Source: a virus
Lineage: Duplodnaviria > Heunggongvirae > Uroviricota > Caudoviricetes
Virus record (IMG/VR): IMGVR_UViG_2939521961_000008
DNA length: 48,101 bases
Strand: one strand, 5' to 3'
The position numbers and the translations under genes are program-made. The notes under the pieces are model-generated. The model did no database searches and was not told the DNA's origin. It saw only the letters and a program-made list of their open reading frames with translations. Each line of letters opens with the position of its first letter. The stretch's first letter is position 1. Positions 33,003 to 44,403 of this stretch are shown in pieces.

Positions 33003-33394
33003 AACATACTGAACTCCGTGCAGCCGTACTGGATGCACTGGAGAAGCATGACACCGGGGCGACGCTTTTTGATGGTCGCCCCGCTGTTTTTGATGAGGCG
33101 GATTTTCCGGCAGTTGCCGTTTATCTCACCGGCGCTGAATACACGGGCGAAGAGCTGGACAGCGATACCTGGCAGGCGGAGCTGCATATTGAAGTTTTCC
33201 TGCCTGCTCAGGTGCCGGATTCAGAGCTGGATGCGTGGATGGAGTCCCGGATTTATCCGGTGATGAGCGATATCCCGGCACTGGCAGGACTGATTACCAC
33301 GATGGTTACGCAGGGCTATGAGTATCGTCGTGATGACGATATGGCGTTATGGAGTTCTGCAGATCTGACTTATTCCATTACATACGAGATGTGA
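32999..33394 (+). CDS. U: tail terminator protein U, 131 aa
   Basis: Lambda order and size; ATGA overlap with Z. Confidence 0.9.
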   Translation: MKHTELRAAVLDALEKHDTGATLFDGRPAVFDEADFPAVAVYLTGAEYTGEELDSDTWQAELHIEVFLPAQVPDSELDAWMESRIYPVMSDIPALAGLITTMVTQGYEYRRDDDMALWSSADLTYSITYEM

Positions 33395-33401
33395 GGACGA
33401 T

Positions 33402-34154
33402 ATGGCAACACCAAATCCCCTTGAGCCGGTAAAAGGTGCCGGTACCACTCTGTGGGTTTACAACGGCAAGGGTGATGCTTATGCAAACCCGTTGTCAGAC
33501 GATGACTGGCAGCGACTGGCTAAGGTGAAGGATCTGACGCCGGGCGAGATGACGGCAGAACCCTACGATGATAACTACCTGGATGATGAAGACGCGGACT
33601 GGACCGCGACCGGGCAGGGGCAGAAGTCTGCAGGAGATACCGGTTTTACGCTGGCCTGGAAACCGGGAGAAGAAGGTCAGAAAGGGCTTATAGGCTGGTT
33701 TGAAAGCGGGGATGTGCGGGCCTATAAAATCCGTTTCCCAAATGGCACGGTGGATGTGTTCCGTGGCTGGGTCAGCAGTATCGGTAAGGCCGTGACGGCG
33801 AAAGAAGTGATCACCCGCACGGTGAAAGTGACCAACGTGGGCAAACCTTCTGTAGCGGAAGAACGCAGCAAAATTACGCCGGTCACTGCGATTAAGGTGA
33901 CGCCGACATCCGGTACGGTGGCAAAAGGGAAAACAACCACCCTGACGGTTTCTTTTGAGCCGGAAAGTGCAACCGACAAGACGTTCAGAGCGGTTTCCGC
34001 CGATCCGTCGAAAGCCACCATTAGTGTGAAAGATATGACAATTACGGTAAACGGCGTGGCGACAGGTAAGGTGCAGATCCCTGTGGTGAGCGGAAATGGT
34101 CAGTTCGCCGCAGTGGCTGAAGTCACCGTTACTGAAGCGGGCGCTGCAGGGTAA
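33402..34154 (+). CDS. V: major tail protein V with C-terminal Ig-like domain
   Basis: Strong similarity to lambda gpV core ([10 protein letters not shown]...[20 protein letters not shown]). Confidence 0.95.
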   Translation: MATPNPLEPVKGAGTTLWVYNGKGDAYANPLSDDDWQRLAKVKDLTPGEMTAEPYDDNYLDDEDADWTATGQGQKSAGDTGFTLAWKPGEEGQKGLIGWFESGDVRAYKIRFPNGTVDVFRGWVSSIGKAVTAKEVITRTVKVTNVGKPSVAEERSKITPVTAIKVTPTSGTVAKGKTTTLTVSFEPESATDKTFRAVSADPSKATISVKDMTITVNGVATGKVQIPVVSGNGQFAAVAEVTVTEAGAAG

Positions 34155-34167
34155 ACGGAGGTAATAC

Positions 34168-34599
34168 ATGTTTCTGAAAACAGAACAATTTGAATATAAC
34201 GGTGTGTCCGTCACGCTTTCCGAGCTGTCTGCGCTGCAGCGTATCGAGCATCTTGCCCTGCTGAAACGACGGGCAGAACAGGCTGAAGCCAGCGGTAACC
34301 TGCAGGTGAGCGTGGAAGACCTTGTCAGAACCGGCGCGTTTCTGGTGGCGATGTCCCTGTGGCATAACCATCCACAGAAAACGGAGTCACCATCAATGAA
34401 TGAGGCTGTGATGCAGATCGAACAGGAGGTGCTCACCACCTGGCCTGCTGATGCCATTGCCCGGGCGGAAGACGTGGTGTTGCGTCTGTCCGGGATGAGC
34501 GGGGCTGTTCATGTGGATACGGATATCACCGAAGTGGCGAAAAATAACGCGCTTACTGATGATGATTTTTCTGCGGGAAAGTCTTCGACGGCGAGCTGA
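34168..34599 (+). CDS. G: tail assembly chaperone G
   Basis: Lambda order; contains slippery heptamer near its 3' end. Confidence 0.9.
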   Translation: MFLKTEQFEYNGVSVTLSELSALQRIEHLALLKRRAEQAEASGNLQVSVEDLVRTGAFLVAMSLWHNHPQKTESPSMNEAVMQIEQEVLTTWPADAIARAEDVVLRLSGMSGAVHVDTDITEVAKNNALTDDDFSAGKSSTAS

Positions 34600-35039
34600 A
34601 TTTTGCCCTCAGACTGGCGCGAGAGATGGGGAGGCCTGACTGGCGCGCCATGCTTGCCGGGATGACATCCACCGAATATGCCGACTGGCGACATTTTTAC
34701 CGCACGCATTATTTTCAGGATACCCAACTGGATATGCATTTTTCCGGGCTGATGTACGCTGTACTCAGCCTGTTTTTTTGCGATCCGGATATGCATCCCT
34801 CTGATTTCAGTCTGCTTGTCCCCCGGCATGAGGAAGAGCAGGTGGAGAGGCTGGATGAGGACAAAATGCTGATGCAGAAAGCGGCAGGACTTGCCGGAGG
34901 CGTCCGGTTCGGTGGGGACGGAGGGGGCGATATTTTATCGTCTGCGGATGTGGCGGATGTCATGGTGGATGATGCCGCATTAATGATGGCTTCAGCGGGG
35001 ATTCCGGGAGGTGTGAGATATGTCCCAGCCGGTTGGTGA
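34581..35039 (+). CDS. T: T frame, expressed only as G-T fusion by -1 programmed frameshift at GGGAAAG (34575-34581)
   Basis: -1 frame open from the slippery site to 35039; lambda G-T arrangement. Confidence 0.8.
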   Translation, partial: VFDGELNFALRLAREMGRPDWRAMLAGMTSTEYADWRHFYRTHYFQDTQLDMHFSGLMYAVLSLFFCDPDMHPSDFSLLVPRHEEEQVERLDEDKMLMQKAAGLAGGVRFGGDGGGDILSSADVADVMVDDAALMMASAGIPGGVRYVPAGW

Positions 35040-37599
35040 TCTTATTATTGACCTGAGTCTGGATGCGGTCCGTTTCGATGAGCAGATGAGCCGGGTAAGG
35101 CGTCATTTTTCAGGACTGGATACTGACGCCAGAAAAACCGCCACTGCTGTTGAACAGGGCCTGAGCCGTCAGGCGCTGGCTGCGCAAAAAGCCGGGATTT
35201 CCGTCGGACAGTATAAAGCGGCCATGCGCACCCTGCCCGCACAGTTTACGGATATCGCCACGCAGCTTGCCGGTGGTCAGAATCCCTGGCTGATCCTGCT
35301 GCAACAGGGCGGTCAGGTGAAGGACTCCTTCGGCGGGATGATCCCCATGCTCAGGGGGCTTGCCGGTGCGATCACCCTGCCGATGGTCGGGGTCACCTCG
35401 CTGGCGGTGGCGACAGGTGCGCTGGCGTACGCCTGGTACCAGGGGGATTCCACGCTTTCAGCGTTTAATAAAACCCTGGTTCTTTCCGGTAATCAGTCCG
35501 GACTGACTGCCGATCGTATGCTGACTCTCTCAAGAGCCGGGCAGGCAGCAGGGCTGACGTTTAACCAGGCGAGAGAGTCACTGGCAGCCCTGGTGAATGC
35601 CGGTGTGCGTGGTGGTGAACAGTTTGATGCCATCAACCAGAGTGTCGCGCGTTTTGCGTCTGCATCCGGTGTGGAGGTGGATAAAGTCGCTGAAGCCTTC
35701 GGGAAGCTGACCACTGACCCGACGTCGGGACTGATGGCGATGGCGCGCCAGTTCCGTAACGTGACGGCAGAGCAGATTGCGTATGTTGCACAGCTGCAGC
35801 GTTCCGGAGACGAGGCCGGGGCATTGCAGGCGGCGAACGATATCGCCACGAAAGGCTTTGATGAGCAGACCCGTCGCCTGAAAGAAAACATGGGAACACT
35901 GGAGACCTGGGCGGATAAAACAGGGAAGGCATTCAAATCGATGTGGGATGCCATTCTGGATATCGGTCGTCCGGAATCCTCAGCGGATATGCTCGCCAGT
36001 GCGCAGAAGGCATTTGATGAGGCGGATAAAAAATGGCAGTGGTACCAGAGTCGGAGCCAGCGCCGCGGTAAAACCTCCTCTTTCCGGGCCAACCTTCAGG
36101 GCGCATGGAATGACCGGGAAAATGCCCGTCTGGGGCTGGCAGCGGCCACGCTGCAGTCGGATATGGAAAAAGCCGGTGAACTGGCCGCCAGGGACCGGGC
36201 CGAACGGGACGCATCACAGCTGAAGTATACCGGAGAGGCGCAGAAGGCGTATGAGCGTCTGCTGACGCCGCTGGAGAAATATACCGCCCGTCAGGAAGAA
36301 CTGAATAAGGCCCTGAAAGACGGGAAAATCCTGCAGGCGGATTACAACACGCTGATGGCGGCGGCGAAAAAGGATTATGAATCGACGCTGAAAAAGCCGA
36401 AGTCGTCAGGAGTCAAAGTGTCAGCCGGTGAGCGTCAGGAAGACCAGGCGCATGCTGCCCTGCTGGCGCTTGAAACCGAGCTCCGGACGCTGGAAAAACA
36501 CAGCGGTGCGAATGGGAAAATCAGCCAGCAGCGTCGCGATTTATGGAAAGCGGAAAATCAGTATGCGGTCCTGAAAGAGGCAGCCACGAAACGGCAGTTA
36601 TCTGAGCAGGAAAAATCCCTGCTGACCCATGAGAAAGAGACGCTGGAGTACAAACGCCAGCTGGCTGAGCTGGGAGACAAAGTTGAACACCAGAAACGGC
36701 TGAATGAGCTGGCACAGCAGGCTGCGCGGTTTGAGCAGCAGCAGGGCGCGAAGCAGGCGGCAATCAGTGCCCAGGCGCGGGGCCTCACCGACCGTCAGGT
36801 GCAGCGGGAGTCGGAAGAGCAGCGCCTTCGTGACGTGTACGGTGATAATCCGGATGCGCTGGCGAAGGCCACATCTGCACTGAAGAACACCTGGTCTGCG
36901 GAGGAGCAGCTTCGTGGAAGCTGGATGGCCGGTCTGAAGTCCGGCTGGGGCGAGTGGGCAGAAAGTGCGACGGACAGTTTTTCGCAGGTTAAAAGCGTGG
37001 CCACGCAGACCTTTGACGGTATTGCACAGAATATGGCAGCGATGCTGACCGGCAGCGAACAGAGCTGGCGTGGTTTCACCCGTTCTGTGCTCTCCATGCT
37101 GACAGAGATTTTTCTGAAGCAGGCCATGGTGGGGATTGTCGGGAGTATTGGCAGCGCCATGGGTGGTGCTTTCGGTGGTGGGGCGTCTGCCTCCACGGGG
37201 ACGGCCATTCAGGCTGCGGCGGCGAACTTCCATTTCGCGACCGGAGGATTTACGGGAACCGGTGGCAAATACGAACCTGCCGGTATTGTCCACCGCGGGG
37301 AGTTTGTCTTCACGAAGGAGGCAACCAGCCGGATTGGCGTCGGCAACCTGTATCGTCTGATGCGCGGGTATGCGGAAGGTGGTTATGTGGGCGGTGCCGG
37401 AAGTCCGGCGCAGATGCGGCGGGCGGAAGGCATTAGTTTTAATCAGAACAATCACGTGGTGATTCAGAACGACGGCACCAACGGACAGGCGGGGCCGCAG
37501 CTGATGAAGGCGGTGTATGACATGGCCCGCAAGGGGGCGCAGGATGAGATTCAGGCGCAGATGCGTGATGGCGGCGTCTTTTCCGGAGGCAGGCGATGA
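35020..37599 (+). CDS. H: tail tape measure protein H, 859 aa
   Basis: Long helical, Ala/Gln-rich protein in lambda H position. Confidence 0.95.
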   Translation: MSQPVGDLIIDLSLDAVRFDEQMSRVRRHFSGLDTDARKTATAVEQGLSRQALAAQKAGISVGQYKAAMRTLPAQFTDIATQLAGGQNPWLILLQQGGQVKDSFGGMIPMLRGLAGAITLPMVGVTSLAVATGALAYAWYQGDSTLSAFNKTLVLSGNQSGLTADRMLTLSRAGQAAGLTFNQARESLAALVNAGVRGGEQFDAINQSVARFASASGVEVDKVAEAFGKLTTDPTSGLMAMARQFRNVTAEQIAYVAQLQRSGDEAGALQAANDIATKGFDEQTRRLKENMGTLETWADKTGKAFKSMWDAILDIGRPESSADMLASAQKAFDEADKKWQWYQSRSQRRGKTSSFRANLQGAWNDRENARLGLAAATLQSDMEKAGELAARDRAERDASQLKYTGEAQKAYERLLTPLEKYTARQEELNKALKDGKILQADYNTLMAAAKKDYESTLKKPKSSGVKVSAGERQEDQAHAALLALETELRTLEKHSGANGKISQQRRDLWKAENQYAVLKEAATKRQLSEQEKSLLTHEKETLEYKRQLAELGDKVEHQKRLNELAQQAARFEQQQGAKQAAISAQARGLTDRQVQRESEEQRLRDVYGDNPDALAKATSALKNTWSAEEQLRGSWMAGLKSGWGEWAESATDSFSQVKSVATQTFDGIAQNMAAMLTGSEQSWRGFTRSVLSMLTEIFLKQAMVGIVGSIGSAMGGAFGGGASASTGTAIQAAAANFHFATGGFTGTGGKYEPAGIVHRGEFVFTKEATSRIGVGNLYRLMRGYAEGGYVGGAGSPAQMRRAEGISFNQNNHVVIQNDGTNGQAGPQLMKAVYDMARKGAQDEIQAQMRDGGVFSGGRR

Positions 37600-37925
37600 A
37601 AACATTTCGCTGGAAAGTGAAGCCGGATATGGAGGTGAACTCGCAGCCATCGGTGCGTGAAGTGCGTTTTGGTGACGGGTATTCGCAGCGTATGGCGGCG
37701 GGGCTGAATGCTGACCTGAAAACATACCGTGTGACGCTTTCCGTGACCCGGGAGGAGGCCCGACATCTGGAGGCATTCCTGGCAGAGCACGGTGGCTGGA
37801 AGGCGTTTCTGTGGACACCGCCTTATGCCTGGCGGCAGATAAAGGTGACCTGTGCCGCCTGGTCATCACGGGTTCGCATGCTGCGGGTTGAATTCAGCGC
37901 GGAGTTTAAGCAGGTGGTGAACTGA
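37596..37925 (+). CDS. M: minor tail protein M, 109 aa
   Basis: Lambda order and size. Confidence 0.9.
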   Translation: MKTFRWKVKPDMEVNSQPSVREVRFGDGYSQRMAAGLNADLKTYRVTLSVTREEARHLEAFLAEHGGWKAFLWTPPYAWRQIKVTCAAWSSRVRMLRVEFSAEFKQVVN

Positions 37926-38623
37926 TGCAGGATATTCACGAAGAAAGTCTGAACGAGTCGGTTAAATCAGAGCAGTCACCGCGGGTGGTACTCTGGGAAA
38001 TCGACCTGACGGTACAGGGTGGTGAGCGGTATTTTTTCTGCAATGAGCTGAATGAAAAAGGGGAGGCGGTTACCTGGCAGGGGCGGCAATATCAGGCATA
38101 CCCGATTGACGGCAGTGGCTTTGAGATGAACGGGAAGGGCAGCAGTGCCCGCCCGTCGCTGACGGTGTCGAATCTGTTCGGTCTGGTCACCGGAATGGCG
38201 GAGGACCTGCAGAGCCTGGTGGGGGCCACGGTGGTCCGCCGCCGGGTGTATGCGCGTTTTCTGGATGCGGTGAATTTCGTTGCGGGCAATCCGGAGGCGG
38301 ACCCGGAGCAGGAGCTGAGTGACCGCTGGGTGGTGGAGCAGATGTCGCAGCTGACAGCCATGACGGCCTCGTTTGTGCTGGCTACACCGACCGAGACGGA
38401 TGGGGCGCTGTTTCCCGGTCGCATCATGCTGGCGAACACCTGTATGTGGGATTACCGGGGAGATGAATGCGGGTATAACGGTCCTGCGGTGGCGGATGAG
38501 TTCGATAAACCCACCACCGATATCCGTAAGGACAGATGCAGCAAGTGCATGCGCGGGTGTGAGATGCGCGGCATGGTGGCTAATTTTGGCGGTTTCCTTT
38601 CCATTAACAAACTTTCGCAGTAA
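37925..38623 (+). CDS. L: minor tail protein L, 232 aa
   Basis: Lambda order and size. Confidence 0.9.
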   Translation: MQDIHEESLNESVKSEQSPRVVLWEIDLTVQGGERYFFCNELNEKGEAVTWQGRQYQAYPIDGSGFEMNGKGSSARPSLTVSNLFGLVTGMAEDLQSLVGATVVRRRVYARFLDAVNFVAGNPEADPEQELSDRWVVEQMSQLTAMTASFVLATPTETDGALFPGRIMLANTCMWDYRGDECGYNGPAVADEFDKPTTDIRKDRCSKCMRGCEMRGMVANFGGFLSINKLSQ

Positions 38624-38628
38624 ATCCA

Positions 38629-39372
38629 ATGACACAGACAGAATCAGCGATTCTGGCGCATGCCCGGCGGTGTGCGCCTGCGGAGTCGTGCGGCTTCGTG
38701 ATAAGCACGCCGGAGGGGGAGTGGTATATCCCTTGTGTGAATATTTCTGCAGAGCCGGAGGCGTATTTTCGTATCGCACCGGAAGACTGGCTGCGGGCAG
38801 AGATGCAGGGGGAGATTGTGGCACTGGTCCACAGTCATCCCGGTGGGCTGCCCTGGCTGAGCGAGGCCGACCGGCGGCTGCAGATAAAAAGTGCACTGTC
38901 CTGGTGGCTGGTCTGCCGGGGGGAAATTCATAAATTCCGCTGTGTGCCACATCTGACAGGACGGCGCTTTGAGCACGGGGTGACGGACTGTTACACGCTG
39001 TTCCGGGATGCATACCATCTGGCGGGAATTGATATGCCGGATTTTGAGCGTGAGGATGACTGGTGGCGCAACGGTCAGAACCTTTACCTGGACAATATGG
39101 CGGTCACCGGCTTTTACCGGGTGCCCCTGTCCTCTGCACAGGCGGGCGATATCCTGCTGTGCTGCTTTGGCGCATCGGTGGCCAATCATGCCGCCATTTA
39201 CTGCGGCAACGGTGAACTGCTTCACCATCTGCCTGAACAACTGAGTAAACGGGAGAGGTATTCCGAAAAATGGCAACGACGAACGCATTCTGTCTGGCGT
39301 CACCGCCACTGGCACGCATCTGCCTTCACGGGGATTTGCAACGATTTGGCCGCCGCCTCAGCCTGTATGTGA
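38629..39372 (+). CDS. K: tail tip assembly protein K (JAMM/MPN motif HSHPGG...SEAD plus NlpC/P60-like C-terminal half)
   Basis: 247-aa ORF; JAMM-like motif; overlaps I by about 100 nt as in lambda. Confidence 0.9.
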   Translation: MTQTESAILAHARRCAPAESCGFVISTPEGEWYIPCVNISAEPEAYFRIAPEDWLRAEMQGEIVALVHSHPGGLPWLSEADRRLQIKSALSWWLVCRGEIHKFRCVPHLTGRRFEHGVTDCYTLFRDAYHLAGIDMPDFEREDDWWRNGQNLYLDNMAVTGFYRVPLSSAQAGDILLCCFGASVANHAAIYCGNGELLHHLPEQLSKRERYSEKWQRRTHSVWRHRHWHASAFTGICNDLAAASACM

Positions 39373-39950
39373 ACACGGCAGCGGAAGCCATCCGTGCCCT
39401 GTCGATGCAGATGCCGGGATTCCGCCGTCAGATGAACGAAGGCTGGTACCAGATACGTATTGCCGGTTATGACATGGCACCGGAGGCGGTGTATGCCCGC
39501 CTTCACGAACAACTGGGTGAGGGAACGGTCATCCATATTGTGCCGCGACTGGCCGGTGCAGGGAAAGGCGGACTGCAGATTGTGCTGGGGGCGGCAGCCA
39601 TCGTGGGCTCTTTCTTCACCGCCGGCGCAACGATGGCGTTATGGGGTTCAGCCCTGGCAGCCGGCGGTTTTTCTGCCACCACGATGCTGTTTTCACTGGG
39701 GGCCAGCATGATACTGGGCGGTGTGGCCCAGATGCTGGCCCCGAAGGCAAAGACGCCGGAGTACAAAAGTACGGATAACGGTAAACAGAACACGTATTTT
39801 TCGTCACTGGACAACATGATTGCCCAGGGGAACCCGATGCCGGTGCCTTACGGTGAAATGCTGGTTGGCTCCCGGCGAATCTCCCAGGACATCAGCACCC
39901 GTGATGAAGGTGGTGGCGGGAAGGTGGTGGTTATCGGGCGGCAGGGGTAA
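39270..39950 (+). CDS. I: tail tip assembly protein I
   Basis: Lambda order; Gly/Ala-rich hydrophobic middle segment. Confidence 0.9.
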   Translation: MATTNAFCLASPPLARICLHGDLQRFGRRLSLYVNTAAEAIRALSMQMPGFRRQMNEGWYQIRIAGYDMAPEAVYARLHEQLGEGTVIHIVPRLAGAGKGGLQIVLGAAAIVGSFFTAGATMALWGSALAAGGFSATTMLFSLGASMILGGVAQMLAPKAKTPEYKSTDNGKQNTYFSSLDNMIAQGNPMPVPYGEMLVGSRRISQDISTRDEGGGGKVVVIGRQG

Positions 39951-40195
39951 AGCATAAAAAAATCCCGCAGTGTATGGAGGCTGCGGGAACAGAAAATGAA
40001 GATTAACCACAGGGGGTTTTGTTTTTATTGGCCCGAAAAAACTGTAACGCCCGGGAATGATATCTGCCACGGGGCGTACAGAAAATGTGAAGAAATTCAG
40101 AAATTTTATTCCGTCATGACACAGGCACCCTCCGGGGTGCCTGTCGTTTTTGGGGCATAAACAGATTCAGACATCAGACAGGAGAGGGGGACAGA

Positions 40196-43100
40196 GTGGG
40201 TAAAGGTGGCGGCAGGGCGCACACGCCGGTAGAGGCAAAGGACAATCTTAAGTCCACGCAGATGATGAGCGTGATTGACGCCATTGGTGAAGGGCCGATT
40301 GAAGGTCCGGTGAAGGGGCTGCAGAGTATTCTGGTGAACAAAACCCCGCTGACGGACACGGACGGTAATCCTGTGATACATGGTGTGACAGCGGTCTGGC
40401 GCGCCGGGGAGCAGGAGCAGACACCGCCGGAAGGTTTTGAGTCATCCGGCTCTGAAACCGCACTGGGCGTGGAAGTGACGAAGGCAAAGCCGGTGACGCG
40501 CACCATTACGTCCGCGAACATTGACCGCCTGCGGGTCACCTTCGGGGTGCAGTCACTGGTGCAGACCACCTCACAGGGTGACCGTAACCCGGCATCCGTC
40601 CGCCTGCTGATTCAGCTGCAGCGTAACGGTAACTGGGTGACGGAAAAGGATGTCACCATTAACGGCAAGACCACCTCACAGTTCCTCGCTTCGGTGATTC
40701 TGGATAATCTGCCTCCCCGCCCCTTTAACATCCGGATGGTCAGGGAGACGGCGGACAGCACCACGGACCAGCTGCAGAATAAGACGCTCTGGTCGTCATA
40801 CACCGAAATCATCGATGTGAAACAGTGCTACCCGAACACGGCGATTGTGGGGCTGCAGGTGGATGCGGAGCAGTTTGGCGGTCAGCAGATGACGGTGAAC
40901 TACCATATCCGCGGTCGCATCATCCAGGTACCGTCAAACTATGACCCGGAAAAACGCACGTACAGCGGCATCTGGGACGGCAGCCTGAAACCGGCATACA
41001 GCAACAACCCGGCCTGGTGCCTGTGGGACATGCTGACTCACCCGCGCTACGGCATGGGAAAACGTCTGGGGGCGGCAGACGTGGACAAATGGGCGCTGTA
41101 TGCCATTGCGCAGTACTGCGACCAGACGGTCCCGGATGGTTTCGGGGGCACAGAGCCGCGGATGACCTTTAATGCGTACCTGTCACAACAGCGTAAGGCG
41201 TGGGACGTTCTCAGTGATTTCTGCTCGGCGATGCGCTGTATGCCGGTATGGAACGGCCAGACGCTGACGTTCGTTCAGGACCGCCCGTCGGATGTGGTGT
41301 GGCCGTACACCAACTGCGATGTGGTGGTGGATGATAACGGCGTGGGGTTTCGCTACAGCTTCAGCGCCCTGAAGGACCGCCACACGGCGGTGGAGGTGAA
41401 TTACACCGACCCGCAGAACGGCTGGCAGACCTCCACGGAACTGGTGGAAGACCCGGAAGCCATACTGCGCTACGGGCGCAACCTGCTGAAGATGGATGCG
41501 TTCGGTTGCACCAGTCGCGGTCAGGCCCACCGTGCCGGGCTGTGGGTGATAAAGACCGGACTGCTGGAAACGCAGACGGTGGATTTCACGCTCGGGTCAC
41601 AGGGGCTGCGTCACACACCCGGTGACATTATTGAAATCTGTGATAACGACTATGCCGGGACCATGACCGGCGGACGTATCCTGTCCATCGATGCCGCCAG
41701 CCGCACCCTGACACTGGACCGTGAGGTGACCCTGCCGGAGACAGGTGCCGCCACGGTGAACCTGATTAACGGCAGCGGTAAGCCGGTGAGCGTGGCCATC
41801 ACTGCACACCCCGCGCCGGACCGGATACAGGTCAGCACCCTGCCTGATGGTGTGGAGACATACGGTGTATGGGGACTCTCCCTGCCGTCACTGCGTCGTC
41901 GCCTGTTCCGCTGTGTCTCCATCCGGGAAAACACGGACGGCACCTTTGCCATCACGGCGGTGCAGCACGTACCGGAAAAGGAAGCCATCGTGGATAACGG
42001 GGCCAGCTTTGAGCCGCAGTCAGGCACCCTGAACAGCGTCATCCCTCCGGCAGTGCAGCACCTGACGGTGGAGGTGAGCGCAGCTGACGGTCAGTATCTG
42101 GCGCAGGCGAAATGGGACACGCCGAAGGTGGTGAAGGGCGTGAGCTTTATGCTTCGCCTGACCGTGGTCGCGGATGACGGCAGTGAGCGGCTGGTCAGCA
42201 CGGCCCGGACGACGGAAACCACATACCGCTTCACGCAACTGGCGCCGGGGAACTACAGGCTGACAGTCCGGGCGGTAAATGCGTGGGGGCAGCAGGGCGA
42301 TCCGGCGTCGGTATCGTTCCGGATTGCCGCACCGGCAGCGCCGTCACAGATTGAGCTGACACCGGGCTATTTTCAGATAACAGCGGTCCCGCGTCTTGCG
42401 GTGTATGACCCGACGGTACAGTTTGAGTTCTGGTTTTCGGAAACGCGGATTACCGATATCAGGCAGGTTGAAACCACAGCCCGCTACCTTGGCACGGGGC
42501 TGTACTGGATAGCCGCCAGTATCAATATCAAACCGGGCCATGATTATTACTTTTATATCCGCAGTGTGAACACCGTTGGCAAATCGGCATTTGTGGAGGC
42601 TGTTGGCCAGCCGAGTGATGATGCATCCGGCTATCTGGATTTTTTCAAAGGAGAGATAGGGAAAACCCATCTGGCTCAGGAGTTGTGGACTCAGATTGAT
42701 AACGGTCAGCTTGCGCCTGACCTGGCGGAAATCAGAACGTCCATCACGGATGTCAGTAATGAAATCACGCAGACCGTCAATAAGAAACTGGAAGACCAGA
42801 GTGCAGCGATCCAGCAGATACAGAAGGTTCAGGTTGATACAAATAATAATCTGAACAGCATGTGGGCTGTGAAGCTGCAACAGATGAAGGACGGACGCCT
42901 TTATATTGCGGGTATCGGTGCCGGTATTGAGAATACGCCAGCAGGAATGCAGAGTCAGGTGCTGCTGGCGGCAGACAGGATTGCGATGATTAATCCTGCG
43001 AATGGCAACACAAAGCCGATGTTTGTTGGTCAGGGCGATCAGATATTCATGAACGACGTGTTCCTGAAACGCCTGACGGCTCCCACCATTACCAGCGGCG

Positions 43101-43672
43101 GTAATCCTCCGGCATTTTCCCTGACACCGGACGGAAAGCTGACCGCTAAAAATGCAGATATCAGTGGCAGTGTGAATGCGAACGCCGGGACGCTCAACAA
43201 TGTCACAATTAATGAGAACTGTCAGATTAAGGGGAAACTGTCAGCCAACCAGATTGAAGGCGATATAGTCAAAACAGTGGGTAAGGCTTTTCCGCGGGAC
43301 TCCCGGGCACCGGAGCGGTGGCCATCAGGGACCATTACCGTCAGGGTTTATGACGATCAGCCGTTTGACCGGCAGATTGTTATTCCGGCGGTGGCATTCA
43401 GTGGCGCTAAGCATGAGAGAGAGCATACTGATATTTACTCCTCATGCCGTCTGATAGTGCGGAAAAACGGTGCTGAAATTTATAACCGTACCGCGCTGGA
43501 TAATACGCTGATTTACAGTGGCGTTATTGATATGCCTGCCGGTCACGGTCACATGACGCTGGAGTTTTCGGTATCAGCATGGCTGGTGAATAACTGGTAT
43601 CCCACAGCAAGTATCAGCGATTTGCTGGTTGTGGTGATGAAGAAATCCACAGCAGGCATCAGTATCAGCTGA
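40196..43672 (+). CDS. J: host specificity / central tail fibre protein J, GTG start, 1158 aa
   Basis: Colinear with lambda J over almost the whole length; central part [40 protein letters not shown] differs from what I recall of lambda. Confidence 0.95.
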   Translation: MGKGGGRAHTPVEAKDNLKSTQMMSVIDAIGEGPIEGPVKGLQSILVNKTPLTDTDGNPVIHGVTAVWRAGEQEQTPPEGFESSGSETALGVEVTKAKPVTRTITSANIDRLRVTFGVQSLVQTTSQGDRNPASVRLLIQLQRNGNWVTEKDVTINGKTTSQFLASVILDNLPPRPFNIRMVRETADSTTDQLQNKTLWSSYTEIIDVKQCYPNTAIVGLQVDAEQFGGQQMTVNYHIRGRIIQVPSNYDPEKRTYSGIWDGSLKPAYSNNPAWCLWDMLTHPRYGMGKRLGAADVDKWALYAIAQYCDQTVPDGFGGTEPRMTFNAYLSQQRKAWDVLSDFCSAMRCMPVWNGQTLTFVQDRPSDVVWPYTNCDVVVDDNGVGFRYSFSALKDRHTAVEVNYTDPQNGWQTSTELVEDPEAILRYGRNLLKMDAFGCTSRGQAHRAGLWVIKTGLLETQTVDFTLGSQGLRHTPGDIIEICDNDYAGTMTGGRILSIDAASRTLTLDREVTLPETGAATVNLINGSGKPVSVAITAHPAPDRIQVSTLPDGVETYGVWGLSLPSLRRRLFRCVSIRENTDGTFAITAVQHVPEKEAIVDNGASFEPQSGTLNSVIPPAVQHLTVEVSAADGQYLAQAKWDTPKVVKGVSFMLRLTVVADDGSERLVSTARTTETTYRFTQLAPGNYRLTVRAVNAWGQQGDPASVSFRIAAPAAPSQIELTPGYFQITAVPRLAVYDPTVQFEFWFSETRITDIRQVETTARYLGTGLYWIAASINIKPGHDYYFYIRSVNTVGKSAFVEAVGQPSDDASGYLDFFKGEIGKTHLAQELWTQIDNGQLAPDLAEIRTSITDVSNEITQTVNKKLEDQSAAIQQIQKVQVDTNNNLNSMWAVKLQQMKDGRLYIAGIGAGIENTPAGMQSQVLLAADRIAMINPANGNTKPMFVGQGDQIFMNDVFLKRLTAPTITSGGNPPAFSLTPDGKLTAKNADISGSVNANAGTLNNVTINENCQIKGKLSANQIEGDIVKTVGKAFPRDSRAPERWPSGTITVRVYDDQPFDRQIVIPAVAFSGAKHEREHTDIYSSCRLIVRKNGAEIYNRTALDNTLIYSGVIDMPAGHGHMTLEFSVSAWLVNNWYPTASISDLLVVVMKKSTAGISIS

Positions 43673-43691
43673 ATTTTATAACCCATATACG

Positions 43692-43715
43692 GGCGCCAGA
43701 AATGGCGCCTTTTTT
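43692..43715 (+). terminator. rho-independent terminator after J
   Basis: GGCGCC-AGAAAT-GGCGCC followed by TTTTTT. Confidence 0.6.
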
Positions 43716-43739
43716 ATTGCAGAAAAGCGAGAGGTAATT

Positions 43740-44339
43740 ATGCGTAAAGTTTGTGCAGCCATTTTGTCCGCAGCCATCTGTCTGGCCGTATCCGGTGCGC
43801 CTGCATGGGCGTCTGAGCAGCAGGCCACGCTGAGCGCGGGGTATCTTCATGTCTCGACGAACGTTCCTGGCAGCGATGAACTGAACGGGATTAACGTGAA
43901 ATACCGTTATGAGTTTACGGACACACTGGGGATGGTGACGTCGTTCAGCTATGCAGGAGACAAGAATCGCCAGCTGACCCATTACAGCGATACCCGCTGG
44001 CATGAAGATTCCGTGCGTAACCGCTGGTTCAGCGTAATGGCGGGGCCGTCTGTGCGCGTGAATGAATGGTTCAGTGCGTATGCGATGGCGGGCGTGGCTT
44101 ACAGCCGTGTGTCGACTTTTTCCGGGGATTATCTCCGCGTAACTGACAACAAGGGGAAAACGCATGATGTGCTGACCGGAAGTGATGACGGTCGCCACAG
44201 CAACACGTCTCTGGCGTGGGGGGCTGGCGTGCAGTTTAACCCGACCGAATCCGTGGCCATTGATATTGCTTATGAAGGCTCCGGCAGTGGCGACTGGCGC
44301 ACTGACGGTTTCATCGTGGGTGTCGGCTATAAATTCTGA
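43740..44339 (+). CDS. lom: Lom outer-membrane protein (Ail/Lom family beta-barrel), 199 aa
   Basis: Signal peptide MRKVCAAILSAAICLAVSGAPAWA; terminal aromatic residue (GVGYKF). Confidence 0.9.
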   Translation: MRKVCAAILSAAICLAVSGAPAWASEQQATLSAGYLHVSTNVPGSDELNGINVKYRYEFTDTLGMVTSFSYAGDKNRQLTHYSDTRWHEDSVRNRWFSVMAGPSVRVNEWFSAYAMAGVAYSRVSTFSGDYLRVTDNKGKTHDVLTGSDDGRHSNTSLAWGAGVQFNPTESVAIDIAYEGSGSGDWRTDGFIVGVGYKF

Positions 44340-44365
44340 TTAGCCAGGTAACACAGTGTTATGAC

Positions 44366-44392
44366 AGCCCGCCGGTTCAGGCGGGCTTTTTT
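44366..44392 (+). terminator. rho-independent terminator after lom
   Basis: AGCCCGCC-GGTTCAG-GCGGGCT followed by TTTTTT. Confidence 0.6.
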
Positions 44393-44403
44393 GTGGGGTG
44401 AAT

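Noticed and set aside
35493-37869. Long minus-strand ORFs (199-423 aa) and overlapping plus-strand frames
   Set aside because: All inside the tape-measure gene H; GC-rich shadow frames with no RBS.
38629-38775. Possibility that K starts at a downstream Met as in the shorter lambda annotation I remember
   Set aside because: The residue at that position is Ile here and the upstream region is in frame with a good start 6 nt after L, so the long form is used.
38644-39315. 223-aa minus-strand ORF and related frames (37976-39013)
   Set aside because: Antisense within L/K/I; shadow frames.
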